DNA from: Mobula hypostoma
Lineage: Eukaryota
Direction of reading: 5' to 3'
NCBI RefSeq assembly: GCF_963921235.1
Contig: NC_086098.1
Coordinates: 6,138,001 to 6,202,000, forward strand
Length of the DNA: 64,000 nt
The notes below the pieces were generated by a model. It saw only the letters and a program-made list of their open reading frames with translations, did no database searches and was not told the origin of the DNA. A program made the translations under genes and the position numbers. Shown here piece after piece: positions 1-11,249 of the stretch. Each line of letters opens with the position of its first letter. The first letter of the stretch is position 1.

Positions 1-400
1 GAAAAACAAATGTAAAAGACATTAAAAAAGTTAAATATATGGGTTATGATATATCAGAATATGTTGACCAAAGGAGTGTTGTAGGCAAGTACACCATTGC
101 CAGAATACAGCCTGTCCCAGTCCACACTTGCTAGATCATATCTGATACCATCAAAACTGGCCTTTCTCCAGTTCAGAATCTCACGCACCCCCCCCCCCCA
201 CTGTGGACCAGACCTATCTTTATGGATATTTACTTTCTAACTAATGACAAGGTGGTCACTGGTTGTAAAGTGTCCCCCTACAAAAACTTCTGTCACCTGC
301 CCTGTTTCATTCCCTAACAGCAGACAAGTATCGCATGCTCTTTCATTGGGACTTCTATGTACTAATGAAGGAAACTTTCCTGAACACATTTGACAAATGC

Positions 401-656
401 GAAGAAATTTTTTTAGTCAGAGGGTGGTGAATCTATGGAATTTGTTGCCACTGGCAGCAGTGGAGGCCAAGTCAATGGGTGTATTTAAGGCAGAGATTGA
501 TAGGTATCTGAGTAGCCAGGGCATCAAAGGTTATGGTGAGAAGGCGGGGGAGTGGGACTAAATAGGAGAATGGATCAGCTCATGATAAGATGGCGGAGCA
601 GACTCGATGGGCCGAATGGCCGACTTCTGCTGCTTTGTCTTATGGTCTTGTGGTCT
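401..656 (+). mobile_element. 5'-truncated CR1 3' end nested in older CR1
   Basis: FFSQRVVNLWN-coding segment, 3'UTR hairpin and (tatggtct)-type tail; possible 6-bp TSD aaatgc (395-400) / aaacgc (657-662). Confidence 0.85.
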
Positions 657-1446
657 AAACGCTGTCTCATCTAGTTCTTTTGCAGTGTGGATTCCAGGTC
701 AATATGTGGAAAGTTAAAATCATCTATTATAACAACTCTATGTTTCCTGCAACAGGCCGCAATCTCTTTAAAATGTGTTTCTCTAAATCCCTAGGACTGC
801 TGGGTGGTTTGTAATACAGCCCCATTAATGTGGCCATACCTTCCATATTCCTTGGTTCCATCCATAACACCTCACTAGTCAAGTTCACCGATCTGTCCTA
901 ACAGAGAACTGCCATGACATTTTCCTTGGCTAGTAATGCCACTCGCCCCCCCCCCCCCGCTTGCTCTGTTGTGTCTAAAACAACGGAACCCTGGAATATT
1001 GAGCTGCCAGTCCTGCCCCTCCTGCAACCAAGTCTCACTAAGGACTACAATGTCAAAATTCCAGGTGTTAATCCACACCTTGAGCTCATCCACCTTTCTA
1101 ACAATATTTTTTGCATTGAAGTATACGCAGCTCAGGACACTAGTCGCACCAAGCTCAACTTTTTGATTCGTGACTTTGTCTGAGGTCTTACCAACATCTG
1201 CCTCCACAGCCTCTCCACTAACTGTTCTGGCACTCTAGTTCCCAGCCCCCACAACACTAGTTTAAACCCCACTGTGCAGCAATAACAAACTTTCCCACTA
1301 GGATATTAGTCCCCCTCCTGTTCAGCAGCAAACCATCCCTACTGTAGAGGTCTCACCTTCCCCGGAAGACAGCCCAGTCATCCACTAATCCTCTCCCTCC
1401 TACACCATCTCCTTAGCCACGTTTTAAACTGTATCATCTCACTAGT

Positions 1447-1626
1447 GAACGCAGCAGGCCAGGCAGCATCTCTAGGAAGAGGTACAGTCGACGTTTCAGG
1501 CCGAGGCCCTTCGTCAGGAAAGTCGACTGTACCTCTTCCTAGAGATGCTGCCTGGTCTGCTGCGTTCACCAGCAACTTTGATGTGTGTTACTTGAATTTC
1601 CAGCATCTGCAGAATTCCTGTTGTTT
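1447..1626. mobile_element. Penelope-derived fold-back element with hammerhead core
   Basis: Inverted arms about 1445-1492 and 1522-1569; 13-bp TSD tcatctc(a/t)ctagt at 1434-1446 and 1627-1639. Confidence 0.85.
1485..1518 (-). ncRNA. Minimal type I hammerhead ribozyme motif
   Basis: Minus strand reads tc-CTGACGA-A-GGG-cctcgg-CCT-GAAA-CGTC-gactg. The core is intact but stem I is shortened to about 2 bp. Confidence 0.65.
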
Positions 1627-2608
1627 TCATCTCTCTAGTTCTTGTTTCACTAGAACGTGGCACGGGTAGCAATTCTGAGATCAGAATTCTGGAGACCTTG
1701 TCCTTTAACTTCGCACCAAACTCCCTAAATTCTTTATGCAGAACCTCATTACTTATTTTACCCACGTCTTTGATATCTACATCGACCACGCTCTCTGGCT
1801 GTTCTCTGCTATGCTTAAGAATGCTGAAGGCTCAGTCTGAGATGTCCCAGACTGGCACGCGGGAGACAACGTACCATCTGGGAACCTCATTCTCACCCAC
1901 TAAACTTTCTCTCTGTTCCCCTAACTATTGAATCCATATCAGCACAGTGTGCCTCCTCTCCCCTTTTTCTTTCAGAGTCACAAAGCTAGACTCAGTGCCA
2001 GAGACCTGACCATTGAGACTTTCCTCTGTTAGGTCATCTTCTGCGCACGCCCCCCTCCCCCGCCGATAGTATCCAGAGTTGTATACCTGTTGATGAGGGG
2101 GTGGCCACAGGGGCACTCTGTCCTGGCTGCTTAACCCCTTTCCCCTTCCTGACAATCACTCAGTTTCCTGTGTCCTGCACCTTGGGTGTAACTACCTCTA
2201 TATGTCCTATCTGTCATTCCCTCAGCTTCCTGAGTGTTCTTCCATTTCCGGCTCTAATTCCTTAATGTGACTGTTTGAAGCTGCAGCTGGATGCACTTCT
2301 CGCAATTGTAGACTTCAGGGACATTGGAGGTCTCCCTTCCTTCCCAATCCCACAGAGGAGCATTTCACTATCCTGCCTCGTATCTCCACTGTCCTAGCTG
2401 AGCTGATATAAAGAAGGGGAGGAATATAAGGAAAACTTAACCGAGAGCTTTTCTTTTCTTTGCTTCCTCTGACTGGAGCCTCGAAGAGTTAAACCCTCAA
2501 GGTCACTGCTCTGATTCTGTTCACTCCAATGAAGGGCACTGTGACAATGGTGGGTGTGCTTGCCCCAGCTTTCTTTTAAGTTACTCTCGCTAATGGATCC
2601 CAAACACT

Positions 2609-2840
2609 GATTGGTCGCTGGTCAAAGCTCTATTATGCTGCCATGATCCACTGCTGCCTTTTTCAACTTGGGAATGAACCCGAGAGAAGTCCCCTCCTCT
2701 CAAATTTCTGATGTCCAGATTGGTCGCTGGTCATAGCTCTATTACACTGCCATGACCCACTGCTACTTTCTTCTACTTGGGCAGTGGACTGGAGTGACAT
2801 TCCCTCCACTCAAATTTCTGACATCCGGATTGGTGCCTGG
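2609..2840. repeat. Tandem repeat, about 110-bp unit, 2 copies plus partial third
   Basis: Units start with gattggt at 2609, 2718 and 2828 and share tcaaatttctga near their ends. Confidence 0.85.
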
Positions 2841-2857
2841 ATAATACTCAAATGGGT

Positions 2858-3635
2858 AAATGCAGGCAGGGTTTTCCACTGAGGTTGGGTGAGACTAGAT
2901 ACAGAGGCCATGGGTTAAGAGTGAAATCTGAAATATTTAAGGGGAACCTGATGGGGAAATTCTTCACTCAAGGGGGAAGGGGGTGTGGTCAGGAAAGTGG
3001 GTGGGGGGAGGTGGAACAAGCTGCCAACAGAAGTGGTGGTTGTAAGTTTAATTTCAAAGTTAGATAGATAGATAGATACACTTTATTGATCCCAAGGGAA
3101 ATTGGGTTTCGTTGCAGCCGCACCAACCAAGAATAGAGCATAAATATAGCAATACAAAACCCACAAACAATCAAACAACAAAATGCAAACTATGCCAGAT
3201 GGAAAATAAGTCAGGGTGTCTGACCCTCCACGGGAGGAGCTGCACGTTCAATGGCCACAGGCAGGAACGACCTCCCGTGTCACCCAGTGTTGTATCTCGG
3301 TGGAATACGGCCGAAGTCCAACAGTAAAAAGTTCAATATCCGGGCTACAAATACGTTCCTCGATCGTAATATGACCCGGATTGCACCATCTGTTGTTAAC
3401 CAGAACAATAAGCACCCAACTCCTTTACGCTTACCGCTCTCAATGCACTTCCGGTCAGCCAGAACGGTCTGGAAGCCCTCCATGGAAAAGTTTTGATCGG
3501 GTATGTTGAAGGGTAATTTAGATAGGTACATGGATGGGAGGAGTATGGAGGCCTATGGTCCAGATGAGGGTTAATAGGACTAGGCAGGCACTAGATAGGC
3601 CAAAAGGTCTGTTTCTTTGAGGACACTATGACGCT
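2858..3635 (+). mobile_element. CR1 3' fragment split by a Rex1-derived insertion
   Basis: RGHGLRV..FKGNLMGKFFTQ motif; CR1 3'UTR resumes after about 3510. Confidence 0.75.
3061..3507 (-). mobile_element. Rex1/Babar-like non-autonomous internal-deletion derivative
   Basis: (TAGA)n tail; endonuclease segment (IPDQNFSMEGFQTVLADR) fused to C-terminal IPPRYNT..SFLPVAI; homologous to 36958-37700 and 52385-52790. Confidence 0.75.
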
Positions 3636-5161
3636 AAATCAGCAGTTTTAAAGAATTAAACTTTTTTTTTCCCCCAAGGTCTTTTAACCTTTAGGCTCCC
3701 AAAATTCTAATGGAAATAATTGTCTCCCTGATCACGCAGGGTTCATGTGCTTTCAGTTCACGTCTTCCGAGAAAGAATCAAATACTAACGCTACGCTAAT
3801 AAAGTTATTTAAATAGCAGCAGTAGTTCTACACCCAAGATGTGATCATGTCACTCTTCATGCAGTTTTACACGTCGTTTCAGAATAGAGCTGCCAATTAA
3901 GGAATAAATTTATCTACAGCAATCTGAGGAGTAAAGAAACCTTAAATTGTTCAGAAGCCATCTAATATGAAATTGAATTTGATATGCTGGTACCATATAT
4001 CCACTAATAGGAAATGCAAAGAGATTTTCTAAAATGTCATACTTGTAGACAGATTTGACAAATGCAGCTTTTCCTGTAAGGTTGTGAGGCCGGTTGTCAA
4101 CCGACAACCTGAATTATATCATGATATCCTTTTGGAGCAATTGAATTTTATTAGTTGTCAATTTGCAATCAGTCAAGCTTCAGATCTTTGATGATATGCA
4201 TACGTTGTTTCCCATTGCCTTGGTAGCCGTACTGCTGCTGAATTCAACACCGCAAGCTTGATTCATTCCACATTAGATCTGTAGCTGTTTGGCATCTCAC
4301 GAAGATGGATAGTCTTCTAATCATGAACACTGGTCTTTTACCGATGTGGAAATTGCAGAACTTCCATGTGGCTGTAAATGTCAAGTTAAGTCAAGTCAAG
4401 TTTATTGTCATTTAATTACATACATATATACCTTCAAACGAGACGTTTCTCTGGACCAGAGCGTAAAGCACAGCAATACACATAACACATATATCACACA
4501 CAACAACTGAGGCAAGTAAGAATTAAATCTACAAATGAATTATGCATAAACAAACACTGTAAATTGCATAAATTAAACATTGTAAGGTACAGAACAGATT
4601 AACCGGTAACACTTTGAATGCAATGTGGCAGGGTGTTCAGAAGCCTAATGGCTTGAAGGAAGAAGGTGTTTGTTATCCTAACTGTTCTTGTCATTTTGCA
4701 TTGGAGTCTCCTGCCTCATGGTGGAAAGTCAAAGAGGATGCTAGGTGGATGTCCCCAATCTTTGAAAATGCTTCCTGATGTGGAAAGCCAGTGTAAAGTT
4801 AGAAGAATAAAATCAATTCTACTCTAGGGTTCTTGCAGTGATTGAAAGATGATGATGCTCTTTGTCTAATCTAGTCATGAGCAGACCAGAGCTGATCATC
4901 AGAGACAGCAGTAGTAAATGACAAACATTGTTTAAGTCACTTAAATAGTTCTTGTGGATTGTATAAAGAACCACAGGAGAAACTGTTGGGGGTTCTCGGT
5001 GAATTTTGAGTTGCACTTTTGCATGCTGACAGCCCGTCTCAGAGTAGAAAAGTCGTCAGAAATTACCCAAATCTCCCTGCTTGGTCAATTAAAGTTCCTC
5101 TTCATTTATCAAAAAAAATTTAACAACATTGAACATCATCTCTATCAACTCTTTTCCTTTA

Positions 5162-5699
5162 CACTCAGTGGCCACTCTGTTAGGTACAGGAGAGGAATCA
5201 GGTATGGTCTTCTGCTGCTGCAGCTCATCCATTTCAAGGTTCAACATGTTGTGCATTTGGTGACGCTCTTCTGCACGCCACTGTTGTAACACATAGGTAT
5301 TTGAGTTACTCTCACCTTCCTGTCAGCTTGAACCAGTCTGGCCATTCTCCTCCGAACTCTCTCATTTACAAAGTCTTTTTGCCCACAGAACTGCCACTCA
5401 CTGGATTTGTTTTTTCGTTTTTCACACCATTCTCAATAAACTCTAGAGACTGTTGTGTGTGAAAATCCCAGGAGATCAATAGTTTCTGAGATACTCAAAC
5501 CACCCGTCCGGCACCAGCAATCACACCATGGTCACAGTCACTTAGATCACATTTCTTCCCCATTCCGATGTTTAGTCTGAACAAGAACTGAACCTCTTGC
5601 CCATGTTTGCATACTTTTATCCCTTGAATTGCTGCCACATGACTGGATGATTAAATATTTAGATTGGCAAGCAGCTGTATAGGTGTACCTAATAAAGTG
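5162..5699 (-). mobile_element. Tc1-like transposon deletion derivative
   Basis: Preceded by TA; TIR cactcagtggccactctgttaggtaca and partial opposite TIR tgtacctaataaagtg; homologous to the HTH-coding copy at 25693-26170. Confidence 0.8.
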
Positions 5700-6111
5700 T
5701 CTAAGTTATGTGTGCTATCCTAAAGTATTACAAGACTAGTAGCAGTGATGTTGAGTCGTATTGATCAATAACTTGACCGGAAATATTCAACTCAACTCAA
5801 CGAGTAACTGTAACACGTTATTTTCCATGACTGTTCAAGGTTACACCCTTGAATTTATGACAAGTTGAAGCATTTCGCGTAATTAACTTCTGAAGGCTAA
5901 CACCACTAATTACGGGTTGAGAAACATACCTAACAGTTGGGTACTATAATCATGCTGAATGAGTGAACAGCATATCACAGCCCTTCTGTCATAAAGAAAG
6001 TCACTTCTCTGTTTAAGGTGGTGTTTCAGTGTGGGCTAGTTATTACCCACAACCTAACTCATCATCAGGTGATGGAGGAGGAAGGCAAACAAAGATCCTT
6101 CTAACGTTTTA

Positions 6112-6535
6112 GACACAAGAGGTTCTGCAGATGCTGGAAATTTTGAGCAGCACACAAAATGCTGGAGGATCTCTGTAGGTCAGGCAGCATCTATGGAGAG
6201 GAATAAATGGTCAACATTCTGGGCTGAGACCCTTCATCAGTCCTGAAACATTGACTGTTTGCTCCTCACCCAGGGCTGTGATTTTACTCCATCTGATGAT
6301 GACTGACTCTTCACCAGGACTGGAGAGGAAGAGGGGAAGAATCAGAATAAGGAGGTGGGAGGAGGGGAAGGAGTACAAGCTAGAGGTGATAAGTGAAGCC
6401 AGGTGAAAGGGTAAGTAGATGAGGGAAGAAATGAGATGCTGGGAGGAAATAGGTGGAAAAGTTTAAAGGGCTGAAGAAGAATGAATACAGGAAAGTGGAC
6501 CATGGGAGAAAGGGAAGGAGAACCACCGGGGGAGA
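6112..6535 (-). mobile_element. Old Penelope-like terminal repeat fragment with degenerate hammerhead
   Basis: cacaaaatgctggagga...gacccttcatcag motif followed by the purine-rich segment seen in other copies. Confidence 0.7.
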
Positions 6536-6601
6536 AATGCAGAACATTTTAAAGTTTCCTCCACTTCAGGGAAATAGACTTCAAAGGAATACCAATATTC
6601 T

Positions 6602-6961
6602 GGGTGGTAGGGTGGAGGTACATCTCTACTAATTGAGATGTAAGATGCTCCTTCCCTCCACTAGCCTGCAGATCACTCTTGGACAAGGTGTAGCACCTGC
6701 TTAGCCCCCCAATCAGGATCACGTGAAGCCATGGGAGCAGGTGAAGGATTCTCGTACGAGCAATCGGTGCGTGTCACAAATCCTGGTTATGTGACCACTA
6801 GGCAGACAATCTCTGATGAGTATAGATAATGGCTGGGGTCACCTGTCTTGTAAAGACACTGCCCAGGAGAAAGCAATGGCAGACCTCTTCTGTAGAAAAA
6901 ATTGCCAATAACAATCATGGTCATAAATAAACCATGACTGCCCACGTCGTACAACATAATG
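6602..6961 (+). mobile_element. RTE-related non-autonomous element/SINE
   Basis: Contains an RTE-type gaaggcaatggcaaaccac-like motif; 3' end matches the RTE LINE tail at 34505-34552; further copies at 22270, 41085 and 63322. Confidence 0.7.
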
Positions 6962-7154
6962 AAAGACCCAATCAATTTTCTGATGCTATTTGTAGGTTAG
7001 ACAGAATCAATCTACAATTAATCTGTGTTCATTCAGTATATACACAGGCAGCGTACCAGCTTCACGCTGCTGCTGTTCTTTGCCACACCTCCTCTGCCAG
7101 CATCAGCCTCACTACTTTACAACATAGCTGGGTGGTTAATACTGCTAGACACTG

Positions 7155-10100
7155 GAATACTACAGCACAGTACAGGCCCTTTAGCCCTCGAAGTTGTGCC
7201 GACCCATATATTCCTTAAAAAAAGTACTAAACCCACACTACTCCGTAACCCTCTATTTTTCTTTCATCCATGTGCCTGCCAAGAGGCTCTTAAATACCTA
7301 ATGTATCAGCCTCCACCACCATCCCTGGCAAGTCATTCCACGCACCCACAAACCTCTGTGTGAAAAACTTACCCCTGATGTCTCCCCTAAACTTCCCTCC
7401 CTTAACTTTGTACATATGCCCTCTAGTGTTTGCTAATCGTGCCCTGGGAAACAGGTACTGGCTATCCACCCTATCTAGGGCTCTCATAATCTTGTAGACC
7501 TCTATCAAATCCCCTCTCATCCTTCTACACTCCAAAGAGAAAAGTCCCTGCTCTGCTAACCTTGCCTCATAAGACTTGTTTTCCAATCCAGGCAACATCC
7601 TGGTAAATCTCCTCTGCACCCTCTCCATAGCTTCCACATCCTTCCTATAATGAGATGACCAGAACTGAACACAATACCCCAAGTGTGGTCTCACCAGAGA
7701 TTTGTAGAGTTGCAACATGACCTCTCTACTCTTGAACTCAATCCCCCTATTAATGTAGCCTAGCATCCCATAGGCGTTCTTAACAATCCTATCAACCTGT
7801 GTGCGACCTTGAGGGATGTATGGACTTGAACCCCAAGGTCCCTCTGTTCATCCACATTCTTAAGTAACCGACCATTAACCCTGTACTCAGCCTTCTGGTT
7901 TGTCCTTCCAAACTGCAAAACCTCACACTTATCCGGATTGAACTCCATCTGCCACTTTTCTGCCCAACTCTGCATCCTGTCTATATCCCCTTGTAACCTT
8001 CTACAACCTACAGCTCCATCCACAACTCCTCCAATCTTCATGTCATCCACAAAATTGCTCATCCATCCTTCCACCTCTTCATCCAGGTCATTTATAAAAA
8101 TCACAAAGAGCAGGGGTCCCAGGAATGATCCTTGCAGCACTCCACTAGTCACCGACCTCCAGGCAGAATACTTTCCTTCCACTACTACCCTCTGCTTTCT
8201 TCTTGTAAGCCAATTTTTTATCCAAACAGCCAAGGTTCCACTGATCCCATGCCCCATGACTTTCTGGATGAGTCTCTCATGGGGGACCTTGTCAAATGCC
8301 TTGCTAAAATCCATGTAGACCACATCTATCACACTACCCTCATCAATCTCTTTTGTTACCTCTTCAAAAAACTCAAATAGGCTCATGAGGCACGAACTTC
8401 CCTTCACAAAGCCATGTTGACTATCCTTGGACAGACTGTACTTCTCCAAATGCTCGTATATCCTATCCTTAAGAATCCTTTCCAATAGTTTGCAGACCAC
8501 CAAGGTAAGACTCACTGGTCTATAGTTTCCAGAATTCTCCCTATTACCTTTTTTAAACAAGGGAACTACATTTGCCATTCTCCAATCCTCCGGCACCTCC
8601 CCTACAGCCAAAGAGGATTCAAAGATCATAGCTACTGCTCCAGCGATCTCTTCTTTCACTTCCCACAGCAACCTGGGGTATATCACGTCCGGCCCTAGGG
8701 ACTTATCAATCTTGATGTTTTTAAGAAGATCCAACATTTCTTCCTCCTTAATCTCCACATTGTCCAGCACACAGGCCTGTTCTATTTCGACCTCTCCCTG
8801 ATCAAGGTCCTTTTCACTTGTGAATACTGAAGCAAAGTATTCATTTAGGACCTCCCCAACCTCCTCCACCTCCAGGCACATGTTGCCTTCTTTATCCTTT
8901 AGCAGCCCCACCCTCATTCTTGTCATCATTCTGTTCTTCACATATGCATAGAACGCCTTGGGGTTCTCCTTAGTCCTACATGCCAAGGCCTTCTCGTGCC
9001 CCCTTCAAGCTCTCATAAGTCCTTTCTTAAGCTCCTTCCTGGTTACCCTGTATTTCTACATTTCCCCTCCTGCTTCCTGCTTCTTATATCTAACATATGC
9101 TTCCTTCTTCCTCTTGACGAGTTGCCTCACGTGTTTGGCCAGCCATAGTTCCCTTTTCCTACCATTTTTTCCTTGTCTCAGTGGGACAAACCTATCCTGA
9201 ACCCAGCACAAGTGGCCATAAACTTCCTCCACATTACTTCTGTGCTTTCACCCTTGAACATCTGTTTCCAATTTACTCTCGCTAGTTCCTGCCTCATCCC
9301 TTCATGGTTAGCCCTTCCCCAGTTAAGCACTTTCCCATTTTGTCTGTTTTTATCCTTTTCCATAGCTATGCTGAAGCTAAGGGAGTTGTGGTCACTCTCA
9401 CCAAAATGCTCCCCCACCAAGAGGTCTGCCACCTGACCAGGTTCATTACCCAGAACTAGACCCAGTATGGCCTCTCCTCTCGTCGGCCAGTCCACACACT
9501 GTGTCAGGAATCCTTCTTGAACACACCTGATAAATTCAGCCCCATCTATCCCCCTTGTAGTCAGGAGGTGCCAGTCAATATGAGGAAAGTTGAAATCACC
9601 CATAATTACAACCCTGTATTTCCTGCACCATTCTAAAATCTGTCTGCCTATCTGCTCCTCGGTGTCCCGAGGGCTATTTGGGGGCCTATAGACTACTCCC
9701 AGCACAGTGATTGATCCCTTCCTATTTCTGACTTCCAACCACACCGACTCAGTGGACACTCCCTCTGCAGCGTCCTCCCTTTCTATAGCCGTGATACTAT
9801 CCCTGACCAGTGATGCTACTCCCTTCCCCCCCGCCATCTTTTCGACTTCCCATCCTATTCCTTTTAAAACACCTAAACCCCGGAACCTGCATCAGCCAAT
9901 CCTGCCCTTCCTCTAGCCAAGTTTCAGTAACGGCCACAACATCGTAGTTCCACGTATTGATCCATGCTCTAAGTTCATTCCCTTTATTCCTAATACTCCT
10001 AACGTTGAAATAGACACATTTTAACCCCTCTAACTGGCTACATTTATGCTTTGTCCCCTGCCTGTCCTTCCCCACCAACTCAGAACACACAGCATCATGC

Positions 10101-10545
10101 CCTTGTCCTTCTACCCTAATCTCTGCACTCACATTCTGATTCCCACCCCACCGCCAAACTAGTTTAAACCCTCCCCAACAGCTCTAGCAAACCTGCCACC
10201 AGGATATTGGTCCCTTTCCAGTTCAGGTGCAGCCCGTCCTTTTTGTACAGGTCAGACCTTCCCCAGAAGAGATCCCAATGATCCAGAAATCGGAACCCCT
10301 GCCCCCTGCACCAACTCTTCAACCACACGTTCATCTGCCATAACTTCCTGTTCCTACCCTCTCTGTCTCGTGGCACAGGCAGCAATCCCGAGATTACCAC
10401 CCTTGAGGTCCTGCTTTTTCACTTTTTTCATAACTCCCTATATTCCTTCTTCAGGACCTCATCCCCACTCCTATTTATGTCATTGGTCCCCATGTGGACC
10501 ACGACATCTGGCCGCTCACCTTCTCTCCTGAAAATACTGAGAACA
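7155..10545 (-). mobile_element. Near full-length CR1 LINE (partial ORF1, complete but frameshifted ORF2, 3'UTR)
   Basis: Consecutive minus-strand ORFs cover ORF1 (VISGLLPVPR..YKKDGLHLN), APE (ETWL, GDFNFP, SDHN) and RT (NYRPVSLT, DFSKAFDKV, QGSFLGP, FVDD) through RGKFFTQR. Confidence 0.95.
7290..10030 (-). pseudogene. CR1 ORF2 endonuclease-reverse transcriptase, broken by frameshifts
   Basis: ORFs 9797-10132, 9178-9837, 7760-8986 and 7290-7766 tile one polyprotein in different frames. Confidence 0.9.
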
Positions 10546-10830
10546 CCTGCAAATAACTTCGACTTCTTATAGTTAGCTTGCATTAAACAATACCAGTAGG
10601 CATCTCCTGACGGCTATGTGAATTGTGACTGATACAGATGTTGAGGTAATTTGGAACGTGCAGAAACAGCTGTGGGTGAAAGGAAAGGACTAGATGGGCC
10701 AAAGGGCCTTTTTCTGTGCTGTACTTTCCTATAACTCTGTTCCGTTGCATTCGCTGAAGGGCTTGGACAAATGGAGAAGCTGAAACTCTGGGTAGATGCC
10801 TCGTACCAAAAGATAGGCAAGAGCACACGA

Positions 10831-11105
10831 AGACCATAAGACCATGAGACATAGTAGAAGAATTAGGCTGTCTGGTCTCCATTCCACCATGGCTGATTTA
10901 TTATCCCTCTTAACTTCATTCTCCTGCCTACTCCCCTAACTTTTAACACCTTACTAATCAAGAACCTGTCAACCTCCGCTTTAAATATACCCAATGATTT
11001 GCCTTCACAGACGTCTGTAGCAATGAACTCCACAATTCACCACCCTCAGGCTAAAGAAATTCCTCTGTTATAAAGAGACATCCTTTTATACTGAGGTTGT
11101 GACCT
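10831..11105 (-). mobile_element. CR1 3' end fragment
   Basis: (agaccata)n tail and CR1 3' sequence. Confidence 0.75.
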
Positions 11106-11249
11106 TTGAATGAAATTTTTCCAAAAGATTAGTGATGTCAAGTGAGTGGTCAGAAACAATGAAAATATGTTCAAATGCTATATATTATTTGACCATTATC
11201 TTCTCCTTCACTCACTTCTCCAGGCTAGGAGACCTGGATGACAGCCTCA

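Larger units (their letters stand above)
95..2840 (-). mobile_element. Degenerate CR1 LINE, 5' half (5'UTR, ORF1 esterase-like region, ORF2 APE endonuclease), interrupted by two insertions
   Basis: ORF 875-1207 has APE motifs (CVYFNAKNI..DEL..WNFDIVVLSETWL..IPGFRCFR). ORF 1514-1789 has CR1 ORF1-like ILISELLPVPR. Collinear with the CR1 copies at 9200-10500 and 13300-14760. Confidence 0.85.

Noticed and set aside
1378..1669. Recurrent ORFs MLVNAAGQAASLGRGTVD / VPLPRDAAWPAAFTS (also at 35905, 38471 and 39064) resembling a gene family
   Set aside because: They are translations of the palindromic Penelope terminal repeat, not host proteins.
2609..2840. CRISPR-like or satellite array
   Set aside because: Whole units are repeated with no unique spacers, and the context is eukaryotic.
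7938..8380. Plus-strand ORFs overlapping the CR1 RT (also at 23544-24176 and 48962-49378)
   Set aside because: They are antisense shadow frames of RT coding sequence.
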